64,000 bases of DNA from Lama glama (Eukaryota). A program made the position numbers and the translations under genes. Positions 26,841 to 40,110 of the stretch are shown piece by piece. Position 1 is the stretch's first letter; each line of letters starts with the position of its first letter. Below the pieces are notes generated by a model that made no database searches, was not told the DNA's origin, and saw only the letters and a list, made by a program, of their open reading frames with translations. The stretch spans positions 87,236,001-87,300,000 of the forward strand of contig CM052817.1 of the NCBI GenBank assembly GCA_028534125.1, written 5' to 3'.

Positions 26841-27971
26841 ACATCAATATCTCCCCAATCTTCACAGAAACATTTAAAATGAAGCTTTAAAAAAGACATA
26901 TCCATCTTTCTGACTCATGATCAAGGGGTGGTTGAAAGTTGCCAGAGAAATTCCCACTAAATAAAGACTGTCTTAACAGCACTGTGGAAGTTTGCTCTTG
27001 AGGCACTAGAGTCTTGCGAAGTACTAATAGGTAAGAATCATTTTGTGCATTTATTAATCTATCCTCAACTATTTTAGAAAAAAAGAAAATGGGAAATTTT
27101 AAGGAGTCTTACTAAAAGTATCAGAGCCAAGGTAGAGAGAGCAGCAAGCAATTAGGTTGAAGACAGTTACTGCAAATAAGTAAAGTGCTAGCCTTACTCT
27201 GATTTTCCTAGCAACCCAGGCAAAAAAAGTGGAAAAATAAATATTTATTTTACAAACATCTAGCTACTAGGTACAATGTCTACAATATTCTCTCTTTCTG
27301 GTACAGAAAACATAAATTAATCAGAAGAACATGACACTTATCTGTGTGAACTTGGAACATTAAATTCATTAATCTTTTCTTCTTCAATAAAGAACAGATA
27401 ATAATACAACTTCTATATGTTAAGACTTTTTAGAGGGTGAAAAGATAAATATGAAAGTTATTATAAATAAGTACTAGTCAAAGATATTATGATTAGAGTG
27501 GCTGCTAAGGGAGGCTTTTATGTTGGAGGGAAAATAGTTAATTCTCATTAATAACTATTATATTTATCAGGTTTTGCCTAGATTTCTTATATATTAACTC
27601 TTGTGAAATATTTTGAAATGAGAAATAAGGATAGCCATAGGGGATTCAAAATGAAACAAGCATATTAAATAGTTCATCCTTCTATTTTTATGAATGTTTT
27701 ACACTTCCGGGCAAAGGTGTGAAGGCTGAGTGAAGGTACGTAAGAGAAGATATAGATAAAGCAGAAGGGGATGGAGAGGACTTACAGTGGTTCATGCTTG
27801 TTTTTTGGTTTGGAAAAGAAATGTTAGAGTAGAGATGACCAAGATCTGTAATTGTTTCTTCCTATCTATTACCCATCTGTCTCTCTACCTACTTAGCATC
27901 TCTGTCTACTGATTCATTTATTGTAAAACAAGGAATAACAAGTTTTTATAGGTCATATTTGTTCTAAACTA

Positions 27972-28655
27972 TGTCAAATAGAAAACATTCAGGATTTAAG
28001 TGAGGAGAGGCTTTATGTAAAAGGGCTGTCGCAGGAGAAGGAAAGGGATGACTGGAGTCGGGGGAAGAAGACTATGAGAGCCGGCAGAACACAGCGACCG
28101 GGAAACCTGCAAAAGTCTCCAAAGTTAGGCTGAAAGCAGCTTTTCTTTTATAGGGAAGAGTGGACAAGACAAGAACAGCAACAGCAAAAAACAAACCAAG
28201 AAAAAGCAGGGCGTGGAGAAGTGGGATGAAGGAATGAATGGGTGACGGGGGCAGTGACAGGACACTAGATCAGAGAATGTGGACCCGGACACCCGTCAGT
28301 TCTTGCAGGCGCTGTCGGGGAGGGCTGTACACCGGCTCAGGTAGGGGTGAGCCGAAGTTCAGGGGGCTGGGAGAAGCATGCAAGCTTAGCCAAAATTCGT
28401 CAACAAGCATTCTCTTTATTTCTCGATAAGCCAGGGCAAAAGATTGAGCTAATCCTTTGTGAGGAGAAATAATGAGAATTTGGAGGGACCCTGTCTGCGC
28501 CTTGTCACAGGGAGCGTCCCTGAGTCTTACCTATTTCACGTGGGGAGGGATTTCTTTGCAATAAGTAGCTTTCCAGACATAACAAAGTGGGGACATTTCT
28601 ATAACTCGTGCTGTTTTACAGGATCACAAGAATGAAATAAAGCTGAACATTGCCA
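27972..28655 (-). mobile_element. ERV1 solo LTR (MER31/MER67-like)
   Basis: TG..CA termini (tgtcaaatagaaaac ... aaagctgaacattgcca); internal gaagttcagggggctggg and gaatttggagggaccctgtctgcgccttgtcacagg; antisense TATA (cttttctttataggg). Confidence 0.75.
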
Positions 28656-30064
28656 AGCACGGTCTCTGAGCTAGCTTCAGACCTGATTTTTTTTACACTC
28701 ACTTGTTTATTCATCCTCTAATAATAAATAGTATGAATATCAGCTTTGAAACACTCTTCTTTGTTTTCATAGGACTTCAAAATAAAATAATATCCTAGGC
28801 ACCACACCCTTGATGTTGGTTTACAGAAGCCTTTCTATCTTTTTGTGCTGGGGGAAAAAGCAAATGAAGGCTTTGAAAACATTGCAGTACAGTTCAATAC
28901 CTGCTATTTGCAGGTTCAATTCTGACCTTACCTGTGCTGCATGGATTTAGCCCTAAATGTTTACTAAACTCTTTGTTATACATTTGCGATATTTCAATCT
29001 GAAATAACTCATCAAGGATTTCGTTTGCTTTTGAATGATGAAGCCACCTTCATTGACACCTATGGCTTGTTGAATCTTGGTAATGTGAAGACATAAAAAT
29101 TTGCTAAAAGCAAGACATCTGCTTTCCAGGCTTAAAAAATACATTTTTAATAAATTAAATAACATTATTAAAATATATATGTAACATTATAAAGCCTGTA
29201 TTTTATGACAATTGCCCTTTTTTCCTTAAGATGTGTAATGATAGCCTTAGCCATCCATAATCCTATATTAAGTGAAATTAAGAGGCACACTATATCTATT
29301 ATCTATTACTGTGAACTATTTAAACTTTGTGAAGATTAGATACAGTTTATTTCCTCTTATTTCTATCCTTGGAAATAATGCATTAGAATGGCAAATGAGT
29401 TTGATAAAATACTGTAAATCAAATAAACTGCCACAAAGATTCTGGAATATTAAAACAAGATGCCCAGAATACTGTTTTCCTATGTCATCATTGTTTACTC
29501 CTACACATTTTCTGACCTCAACCCAAATGTCACCTTATCAGAGTGGCTTTCCCTATCTAACACAGTACACACGCGTTGCATTTAATTGCTCTCTCCTCCC
29601 ATTAGGAAGGAGATTCCTTTGTCTGTTTAGTTCACTTTCTTATCCCAATCATCTACAAAGTGTCCAGAAACTGTTAGGTGCTTACAGGATTTGTGGAAGA
29701 AGTGGCTTTGCTACACGGTACTGACTAGATTACAAAGGAATGGGCGGAAATCCAAGTTTTACTTTCTTTTTTTCATTATTAGCTACACTCTCTCATTTCA
29801 TATATTCTCAACTTAAAACAATTTTTTTCTCTTACCTATTCTTCATTTCCTTTCCCTTTCTTCCCTTTTTCCTGTCTCTCTGTGTTTTGATTCTCTCTGC
29901 GATGCTCGCTCTCTCTCTCTCTCCTCTCTCACTTCCTTTATTGGGTAGGTTTTTATAACTTTGTGAATTTCCTAAATGTTTTCATACATTTACTCCATTT
30001 GTTGATGAACTTGCTTTTGAAGGATCAGTCCACGGTGTATATATAAGGCCAATTTAGTCCCAAA

Positions 30065-30310
30065 AGAGGCAGAGCATGTGTCAGTTAAGAGCAGAATACC
30101 TGATTTCATATTCTGGCTTATAGAAGCGGGTTAACCTTTAAACAATGACTTGACTGCATCGAGCATCAGCTTACTCAAATATAGAGCAAAGATTGTGTTA
30201 CTATCTTATAGAATTGTCTTGAAGATTGTGAGCTAACAGATTCATGCTGAATTTGTGTATCACTTCCTGGTACCATAGCCAGCTTTCAAATGATGTTAGT
30301 TATTATTATC
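30065..30310 (+). mobile_element. MIR SINE
   Basis: Degenerate MIR head and core with the tail ...cctggtaccatag...atgttagttattattat. Confidence 0.6.
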
Positions 30311-31289
30311 TTACTAAGATCTACAGAGAATACAGAGTAAGGAATTTAACCAAATTCATGGTCCTTAATTAATCTGATGATCAAAGGGTCATCCTTTCAA
30401 TAAACACTATAAAGAGATATTATTTATACTAGTCCAGTTTAATTTAGGTGAATCATTAAAATTCTAACCTTTAATAAAAGAATACTCTTCTGAAAAATAA
30501 ACATCATTTTTACTTTAGCCTACTTTGATCCAGTGTTACTGCAGTTCACTTTTATAACCAGCAACATGGTCAGCCACAAAATATAGCTTACATTTTAAGA
30601 AATATTTTTGTTTTATTTTTTAGTATGAAGACCTTGGTAAGCAAATGTCAGTGGGGGAAAGATCTGTCACATTACTTTATATTCTCAAAACCCTCACATA
30701 TTTGTAAATTTTGATATTTCCTTTATTTTTTCCACTCATAATAACATAAAGACTGTCTATTGTAAACTATCTGTTGCGGACAATGATTTAACTTATAATT
30801 AGTAGTTAAGGAATTCACTTTATATCCACAATGAAAATTTAAACAGCAAATATAAGTCTTACAATTTCAGATAGGCTTGTTTATTTGGAAAGAAGCTACA
30901 GATGATATGAATAAGTTATGTATATCTCACACTGATGATAGAATTTATTTACTCAATAAATATTTTTTGAGCCTCACTGGGCCATCATGCAAATTACAGG
31001 AGATACAGCTCTAAACAAAGGAGGGCACTAAAGAATTAACATGCTAACATAGGAGCCAAGAAATTAAATATCTCCAGGAAAAAGTGCAGGATTTCTTAAA
31101 ATGTGTTAAGCAGGACGAGAAGAAAGGCAGAGGTAAAGGCTGGAAAATGAGTGATTATATGCCCCATCTAATGACACTGAAATGCAGAGTATTTAAAATA
31201 AATTAGGGACCATACAAGGTAAGTCTTTCCATTGCCTTTTATATGAGACACCAGAGAACCTACAAATACAAATAGATTAGTAAAATCAG

Positions 31290-32010
31290 TAATCCCAGTA
31301 CAAGATGATAAATGTCACATTATGAACACATCTTGGGATAAATTTGAGAGAGTTAAGGAAGTCTTTTCTGAAGCAATGGCTTCTAATTTGAGCGTTAAAG
31401 GGAGCATTTGGGGCTTGGATAGACAGAGGAGGCAGAAGAACATTCCATTGAGAGAGAACAACAGTGTATGAAATTACCTGGAGACAAGTTCAGTTTACTG
31501 TATTATCAGATATGGGAAGAACAGTGCTAAGAGTTGAAGCTGGGAAGGTAAATAGGGCTTGGCTTGTATCATGAAAAGCCTAGTAAGCCATGTAGAGTTT
31601 GATTGTGGAAACATTGGGGAGCCAACAACACAGTTTATCAGAGATGTGACATGATAAGATTTGTACTTTAGAAAGAACATTTGGGCTACAGTGTGGAAAA
31701 TGGATTTGATTTGCAAACACGACTGGAGGCAGAGACACTAGTTGGAGGCTATTAGAGTAACTCGAGCCAGAGATGCTGGTGGCATGGACCAAAGGATAGC
31801 AGTGAAAACGGAAAAGAAATGGACCGAAGTGAATCATATTTAGGAGACAGACCTGACACAATCTGGTGATGGATTAGAAGTGGGAGACAAGAAAAATAAG
31901 AAAGCAGAAGAACTCTGATGATACACACACAGTTTCCTGGCTTGGGTAGGTGGGTAGAGATAGCAGTGCCACTTTCCCTTATGGAGTGAGAAGAGTTGGA
32001 CATGCTCATC
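31290..32010 (-). mobile_element. L2 LINE fragment
   Basis: ggaaacattggggagcca..., agttggaggctatt...ccagagatgctggtggcatggaccaa...tttcctggcttggg. Confidence 0.8.
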
Positions 32011-32117
32011 AAGGTTACAATTTATCTCTTATTTTTCCCGGTTCAATTTCTTTCCTGGCAAAATTCCACAGTTCTAAAGTCAGCCTGAGGATGTAATGTG
32101 AAAGTTGTGACTCTCCA

Positions 32118-34424
32118 TAATATGTTGCCAAAGCCTAAGTAGCACATTTCTCACATTTTATTTTTTTGAAATCAGGATACCTTGTAATTGATGCCAAAAT
32201 AAATGTGCCAGGGACTTGGCAGAGGAGCACTGTGAGGAAACTACCAGCGGGGATATTCTAGAGGAGATGACACTCGCGAGCATTTGCACCCCCTTTCCCG
32301 CATGAGAGCAGTTGATAAGAACTGAACGTCATCTCGGAATCACTCAGAATGGCCGCCACTAGCAGAGCAGGTGGCAGGAGCTCCATTTAAATTCCCGAAT
32401 GAAGGCAGCCACAAGAGGCCCAGTTCAGTCCACGGAAATCACTGAATGTTTCTTCTTGCAGAAGATGTTTCTTTGGAGAAAAGGAGCAAAATTATAGACT
32501 TCTTAATCTGAGATTTAAAATGGACAAACAGCTTGACTCCTTCTGAAGAAGGTTGTGGGAGGGTGTTTATGAGTCCCTCAGGCAGAAGTTGCTGGAACTC
32601 ATTCTAATAGCTGGCAGCCAGAAATGATAAATGTATGTGAGTCTCAAGGCAGATTATAATGGCTGCTATATTAAAGACCTAGTTCAGGCCTCAGAACTGA
32701 AAGAGTGGTTGTATTCTTCCTTGAAGAACAGTGGGGCCTGAATAGGATGGAACCAGCAAGAAATCTTTAAATCAGGGAAACCAGATTCCTAATGTTTGAC
32801 TACTTTTCAGCAGAACACAATGGGGCATGAAGAAGCAATAGCATGTATCTGGAAATGACCTAAATGTCCATCGACACAACTTGGTACAGAAGCTGTGGTA
32901 TGTTTATGTAATAGAACGCTACTCAGTCATAGAAAAGAATGAAAGTATGCCGTTTGCAGCAACATGGATTGAACTGGAGATTGTCATACTAAGTGAATGA
33001 GCCAGAAAGAGAAAGAAAAATACTATATATCGCTTATATGTGCAATCTTAAAAAAAAAAAAAAAGACACAAATGAACTTATTTACAAAACAAAGAAAGAC
33101 ATAGAAAACAAACTTGCAGTTACCAGAGGGGAAAGGCATTGGGAGGAATAAACTGGGAGCTGGGAATTTGCAGATACTAACTACTATGTATAAAATAGAT
33201 AAACAACAAGGTCGTACTGTATAGCACAGGGAACTATATTTAATATCTTATAATAGCCTATAATGAAAAAGAATATGAAAAGGAATATATCTATATGTAT
33301 AAATGAATCACTATGTTGTACACCAGAAATTAACACAACATTGTAAATTGACTATATTTCTATTTAAAAGAAAAAAAAGAAGCAATAGTGAAGTTCAACT
33401 AGTATGACTCCAGTATCCACTTGTGTGTGAAAGCAGAATTGGCCCTTTTGAATGGCACTGGAATCCTGGGTTGTTGGACAACTTACACAGAGATCCAAGC
33501 AGGCTATGCAAGACTTCTTGCTTATAAAGTATTAAGTATGTCCAGCAGTAGTGAAGAGTTATCACTGTATGTGTACTCCAGATTTAAGGAGTAGCTTGTA
33601 TCTGCAGCAGGAGTAAGTATGGTGGTGTTCTCCTTGTACCAGAGTGAAGTCAGCAGTGTGAGAACACCTCTTCCACTGATTTTCACTGCACTTGACTTAT
33701 TTGCATTGATAACACAACAAAATTGGAGTGGGATTTAAATGTTCAGCCCTAATTATTGATAGCAGAAACATTAAAATGTCTTCTAAAGGAACACGTGCTG
33801 ATAATCTTAAGATGAAAATTTTAATCTAATTATAGTTTTTTAAACTCACATAGTCATAACACAGTAATAAGGAGAGAAATTACTAAATATCTTGGAATTT
33901 TTGGAGTTTTTTCCCCCTCAAAAAGGGGCTAATATTAATTGTTAACCCCTACTACTATGGTATGTACATCCAAGGTAAAAATGGATTTACATAAATAATG
34001 CTTATCAGATAATGATAAACAGACAATGAAAGTAGGATAATATACCTTGTGTTTAAACAAATAGCAATTAAGACAAATAGGACATGGGTAATTATATGGT
34101 GAATAATTGGTTGCTCACGAGTCTAAAATTACAAGCATGAGTTACAAAATATAGGGTCACCATGTTGGTGTGCTTAACCACCAATGCTCGAAGGAATTAG
34201 TCTTTAGAAATTGATTGTGAAATAAGCTTAAATGCAAACATTTATTATGATATTCAAACCAAGTAGTACGAATGAATACAAGATTTTTTCCAGTTATAAA
34301 GTTGCTGCATGTATGTATTCTGTACATTTTTTCCCATAATGTTAACATTTTTCCTATTAAGCATTTTTTAAAGTGATGCTATATCTAGAAAAATAAATGC
34401 CATCTTAAAATGAAAAAAGTACAG
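32118..34424 (+). mobile_element. TcMar-Tc2 DNA transposon remnant (Kanga/MER104-like ends) with an unexplained interior and a nested L1
   Basis: Left end ctaagtagcacatttctcacatttta...gaaatcaggataccttgtaattgatg; internal ttaaaatgtcttctaaag (~33771); right end aatgccatcttaaaatgaaaaaagtacag. All resemble recalled Kanga/MER104 consensus motifs. Confidence 0.55.
32842..33376 (+). mobile_element. Young 5'-truncated L1 (ORF2 end plus 3'UTR)
   Basis: cctaaatgtccatcgac, gccgtttgcagcaacatggattgaactggagattgtcatactaagtgaa, tatagcacagggaactatatt and an A tail; perfect 12-bp TSD aagaagcaatag at 32830-32841 and 33377-33388. Confidence 0.95.
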
Positions 34425-34521
34425 GGTCACTCACATCTGTGCTTTATTTAAGAAGGAACTACCTAACGTTTCTTTTAGGCTAAAGTGGGTTTTGTTTTTA
34501 ATTACATCAACAAAACCTGAA

Positions 34522-34557
34522 GTATTAGGGTTCTCCACAGAAACAGAAACAATAGGA

Positions 34558-34598
<41 letters not shown>

Positions 34599-35090
34599 AG
34601 TTTTATTATAAAGCATTAACTAACTCACACAGTTAAAGAGGCTGAGAAATGCCATCATCTGCAGTTGACAAAGAGGAGACCCAGGAAAGCCAGTGGTGCA
34701 GTTTAAAGACCTGGGAGCTGGGGAGGGAGATATAGATTCTAGTCTGGATCTAAAGGCCTGAGAACCAGGAAAGCCAGTGGTATAAGACCTAGTTTGAGGG
34801 CAGAATAAAACTGATGTTCTAGCTCGAACATTCAGGCAGGTAGTCAACTCAACCTTCCTTGACCTTTTTGTTCTATTCAGGCCCTGGATGGATAGGAGGA
34901 TGCCCAACCAGACTGGGGAGAGCCATCTGCATGGCTCAGTTCACCAATTCAAGTGATAATCTCTTCCGGAAACACCCTGGCAGACACACTGGAATAATGT
35001 TTAACTAAGTATCTGGGTAGAAATAATGTTTAACCAGATATCTAGGCATCCTGGGCCCCACCCAAGTTGACACAGAGAGTTTCCATGTCA
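34522..35090 (-). mobile_element. ERVL LTR MLT2 (MLT2B-like) containing a (CA)n microsatellite at 34559-34594
   Basis: gtattagggttctccacagaaacagaaacaatagga, ggagacccaggaaagccagtggtg, tgttctattcaggccct, ctcttccggaaacaccct, caagttgacaca. Confidence 0.9.
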
Positions 35091-35359
35091 CTGAACCTCC
35101 AAAGGAGTTTCTTATATCAAAAGCTTATGACAGTCTATACCTCTTAGCAATCCAATGTACCTATTGATCCAACAAGATACAGAAAACTCTGGATTAAGCT
35201 ACAAACTTTACAAGATATGCAAAAAAAAATACAATTGAGGTATACTAAATCCTTATTTTCCTCAAAGTCTTTTCACTTTATTTAAAGAAAATGACACTAT
35301 TTTCAGTCTGGAAAGTTCCGATGGAGAAGGAGTGCACCAATGTTAAGAATTCACAGAGC

Positions 35360-35700
35360 CCACCCTTCCACTTCACTCAAGCGTTCTGCTAGAATGATAC
35401 ATATCGAAACTGCTCTCCCTGACTTCCCTAATTACAAATACACACAGACAGAATGCCCTCCACACCCTCAGCCACACCCTCACATATTATCTTACTTTAA
35501 CTCCATAAGAATCATCACTATTCAGGATTACTTAAAAATCAGCTGTGTTAACTTGTTTATTTTCTGTCCATTCCATTAGGATGCTCAGGGAATGAAGGTA
35601 CAGCAGTGACTCATCAGCACAGTATCGAAAGCCTGTTGAACAGCACCAGACACATATTAGGTGCTCAATGTAAATTTTGTCACATATGTGATTCATCCAG
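35360..35700 (+). mobile_element. L2 3' end
   Basis: cagcaccagacacatattaggtgctcaat matches the L2 terminus. Confidence 0.6.
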
Positions 35701-36559
35701 GTTTCCTGTCAAAATTGTCCTTGAAGATAACTAGTGATTACAGTCCTCAAAGAGTCACTACAAAGAAATAAGCCCCTGGAAAAATAGTTACCTATTTAGA
35801 CAAGCAAATATTGAAGTGTTGACCAGTCTTGAAAAGTGTCAACAATAACCATATGACTTCTACTAATGATGATACTAATCTTTACTGTTGTCTTGTTTAT
35901 ATTGAAGATGGTATTTTAATATTTAGTTTTTCCATTCTACTTCTAGCTTCCAAGTTGCTTCTTCACCCCACTGATGCTCTGAATTATTTATCAGTCTTTA
36001 TATCATTTCTTAGCAGAAAACTAAAGTTCTTCCTGATACTTAAAAATGTCACTGGGTAATTTAAAGGATGGGCTTGTATAAAAAGTTATCACTCTCATTT
36101 ACAAGGATTCCTTAAATTTAGGGACTTCTTTAATTTGGCTTCTTGGAAAGATTCTTCCTTTCCTTAACTTTGAAAAGGAGTGATTTTAAGGGTAATAAGT
36201 GCATTAATGATGTGATTAATGATATGATTATATAGTTAGAGAAAAACAACTACTTCAAATACAGAAAAAAATATGAGAATAATGGAAAGGAGACAGGGCT
36301 AAAATAATAACTGATTTTATAAATTAGCCTGAGTTAAAAAGCTCTATTAAATGGTTTGTTGAAGACGGAAAGCTGGGTATGGAGATACTGAATAAATTAT
36401 TGTGTAATTGGATTTAACTGAAAAAAAATTTGTAAATTTTGTCAATTTGAAAGAAGATTAAAAATAACTCTCTTCTTCTTGACTTCTGCCACATGAATCC
36501 ATGAGAAATACAAAACTAAATATGGATGACGGAGTGTTAGGTGCTATAGAGAATTTTAA

Positions 36560-37220
36560 AAAGTGCTAAGATATGTATCCTACTTTCACTAACGTTAGAT
36601 TCATGCATAAGATCAAGAGTGTTGTGTGAAAGGGGAAACACTCAAATGTCAGGGGGGTCTAGACATACATTACTAAACTAGAAAGATTAGGAGAGGTTTT
36701 ATCAAGCAAATGACATTGATTTTTGTCTGAGAAGGATGAGTGTGATGTAGACTTTTGGCTGTGGGCCAGAGAGTGTTCTGGAGAGTGGGAGCAATATGAA
36801 CAGGGCTATATAACTGGGAAAACGTTATATATGCAGACTTGTGACATTCTACTTGCTGAAGTTTGAAAATTGGGGAAGAGTGCATAGAGGGGGTCATACA
36901 AGAAATTCTGTATGCAACTAGGTCATATAAACCTTGAGTGGCTGTAGAGTTGTATTTTCGCTGGTGATGGAAAAGCAGCAAATGTTTTTTTCCACAAGGG
37001 CTTGGTATGATCATTGTTGTATTTTGGAATATATGTCTGATATGAGCGGGTATGAAAGATATGAACAGGAAGTTAGTTCTGAAATGATTTTCAAGGCCCA
37101 GACAAAGATGATGGAATCTTCTGAAGCAGAAACTTAGTCACCTATGAAAACAAGTTTGGAACTAAAGTTTAGAAGTCACAGGTACTTAATGAAGGATGAT
37201 GGAACCTGGCAAAGAAAAAG
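36560..37220 (-). mobile_element. L2 LINE fragment
   Basis: Degenerate antisense L2 motifs (agagtgttctggagagtgggagcaatatgaacaggg, caaggcccagaca). Confidence 0.55.
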
Positions 37221-37599
37221 AAATTATAGCAATTTATATGTGATTTGGAGTTATGACAATGCTTAAATCTTTTCATAAAACTGTTACATATATGATATAT
37301 ATATACACACACTTACATGTACATATATTCATATTGTTGATTTTCCCTCAACTGGGATTTGTTTAATTTATTTCTGTGATTAGAACGGGATTATGTTTTT
37401 TTTAGGAGAAGGACCACAGAATTAAATGTCATTTCCATTACATCATATCAAGGACACTGTTATGGGCTGAATTGTGTTTCCCTCAAAAAAAGATAAAATC
37501 GTAACCTCAGTATCTCTAAGTGTGAACTTACTTGGAAATGGGGGTGTTGCAGATGTAATTAGTTAAGTTAAAATGAGGCTACATGTATATGTGATATAT

Positions 37600-38960
37600 A
37601 TATGTATGACAGCAAAAGAGCTCCTAATAATCAAACATGGAACAATTTGAGACTATTTGAGTCACAGAATAATGTATTATTGGTTTACAACCAAAAACAT
37701 AAAATAAATTTCCATGAGTCCATAGTGATATAAGTAAATAATTGAATGAATAAATAAATTAAATGGGGGAGATTTAACAATTCTCTCATGTAGAAGAATT
37801 CCACATAATTTATGTGTTTACTAGACCTTCAGGGAGGTGAAATGGAAATCCTCATTTCTTTAGTGTGGATTATGCAGTGATTACTTCCAAAAAGTACAGA
37901 ATGGAAGAGGGGAAGGAGAGTGACTTACAGCTGAGAAACCCAACAAACACTACCTGAGCCTGGTGATGAATAGTGATAAGGGATGTGAATAGTATGTGCC
38001 TGCACTGCTTGCCTAGGGCTGTTGTAACAAAGTACCAAAAACTGGCTGGTTTAAATAAAATAAATTCATTGTGTCACAGTTCTGATGGCCGGAAGTCCAA
38101 AACCAAGCTTTCAAAGGGCCATGTTCTCCCGAAAGCTCCAGGGGACAATCTTCTCCATGCTTTTCTCTTGGTGTCAGGTGTGCCCAGCAATCCTTGGTAT
38201 TCCTTGGGTTGCAGCTGTGTGACTCTAATCTTTGCTCTTATCAACACACGGCCTTCCCTCTGTGTCTCTGTGTCCTCCTGTTGCTATACTCTTACAAGGA
38301 TACTATGGATATTAGATTTGGAAACTGACCTTCTGCAGTATGAACTCATTTTAACTTAATTAATTACATGTGTAACAACCTTCTTTCCAAATAAGACCAA
38401 CATACTGAGACACTGAAAGTTAGGATCTCATTTATCTCTTTTTTTGGAGGGAGTGGTGTATACAATCCATATCAATGACCTTGATAGTATGAGATGAAAA
38501 TGGCACTTAATCTCTGTGGTCTTCATCCTAAAAACTATAATCCCATTCTAATCATGAAAACAAAAAAGATAAATCCCAATGCAGGAACAATTTACAAAAT
38601 ATTTGACCAACACTCCTCAAAACTACCAACGTCATGAAAAACAAGTAAAGTGAGAAACTGCCACACCACGAGGAGCTTAAGGGGACACCATAATTCAGTG
38701 TAATGTGATGTCCTTGATAGGATCCTGGAATAGAAAAGGACAATCAGTAAAAACTAAGGAAATCTAAATAAAACATGGACTTTAGCTAATTAATGTATCA
38801 ATATTAGCTCATTGATTGTAACAAAGGTACCATAATTAATGTAAGATGTTATGAATAGGAAGAAACTTGAGTGCAAGTTGTATAGGAATTCTCTATACTT
38901 TCTTGGGTTTTTTCTGTAAATCTAAAGCTATTCTAATATTAAAAGTTTGTTTAAAAATGT
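37600..38960 (+). mobile_element. L1MC-type 3' UTR interrupted by MLT1
   Basis: atttccatgagtccatagtgatataagtaaat, gagaaacccaacaaacactacct, ggatcctggaatagaaaaggaca, ttttctgtaaatctaaagctattcta. Confidence 0.85.
37995..38475 (-). mobile_element. MaLR LTR (MLT1C-like)
   Basis: ctagggctgttgtaacaaagtacca...cagcaatccttggtattccttgg...ctcattttaacttaattaattacat...ttccaaataag. Confidence 0.85.
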
Positions 38961-39659
38961 ATTTACTCTTGCAATTAAAAAATGAGGTAACATATAAATG
39001 CTTTGCATAATGTATTACATGTGACAGATGCTATATAGTGGCTATTTGTGTAAGTTTCAGTATATTTACAAATATTAACATAAATGTTGAATAATAATTA
39101 TTAACAAAGGAAATAAATCCACATTTGTAGTGTCAGCCTCCTCCTCCCTGTTTTTAACACAGCATGCTAAATGTGAACCTCCCGCTGGGATTGCAATAAT
39201 TGAACAAAGTTTAGCATATTTATAATTTGTGCTGGTTTTCAGATTGCTATTGTAAAAGTTAATAGTTTAAGTTCTTTCTTCATTATAATGAATGGAAATG
39301 AGTTGGAATTATATAAATGCATTACATTTAATCATGCTTTAAATTTCTGGGTAGAGAGACAAACTCAATTTCCACATGCTGACAAATGGTTTGGATCAAG
39401 AAATTTAAAGTAATTACAGATACTGACATTCCTTGGGGATGTTCATGGAGTTATATCATCACGGTTCCTTGGTTCACATAGTTTAAAGAAGAGACTTGTC
39501 TTCCTGAAGAATATTCTGCTTAGGTGATAGAGACTCCAAGCCCCAGTTTTGGAAACAGAGGATGAGCCAGTGGTTTTAGGGCTCTGATGAAGTAAGAACC
39601 AAGGGTCCAGTGCAGGCGCTCCTGGCAGTGTTCTACAGAATCCTGTGCTATGTGTCATT

Positions 39660-40110
39660 CCTTCTTCAAAGTAGTCCCCAGCTCCCTAGCTGACTCTGCT
39701 CCAAAAATCACAAAACTCATTTCTGAGAAGATCCTCAAACACACCAAATCACCTCCCTCCTCATCTTAGGGCATTTGTACTCTCTCTGCTTCAAACATTC
39801 TGCCCCATGGCTGACTTGCTCCCCTCCTGGCTTTGCTCGAGGATTACTCTAGTGAAGGCTCCCTTTACCACTCGATTTAAGTTGTACTACTCTTCCCACC
39901 CTGATCCCCATCCCATTACCTCACCTTTCTTCCTCTGTAGCATTGGTCTCCCTTGAACATGTCATTTAGTTCTCAAATTCTGACTTACAGATTGTCTCCT
40001 TTCACTAAATTGAAGACCAGCTTTAGCTTGTTTTGTTCTCGGCTGTAAAATAGTGCCCAGAACAGTGCCTGACACATGCAGGCCATTCAGTACATTTTTG
40101 CAGAATAAAA
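39660..40110 (+). mobile_element. L2 3' end
   Basis: ttagggcatttgtactc...gtgcccagaacagtgcctgacacatgcagg...gaataaa. Confidence 0.8.

Noticed and set aside
32347..32377. CTCF site (agagcaggtggcag)
   Set aside because: It lacks the leading CC of the core; a single motif is insufficient evidence.
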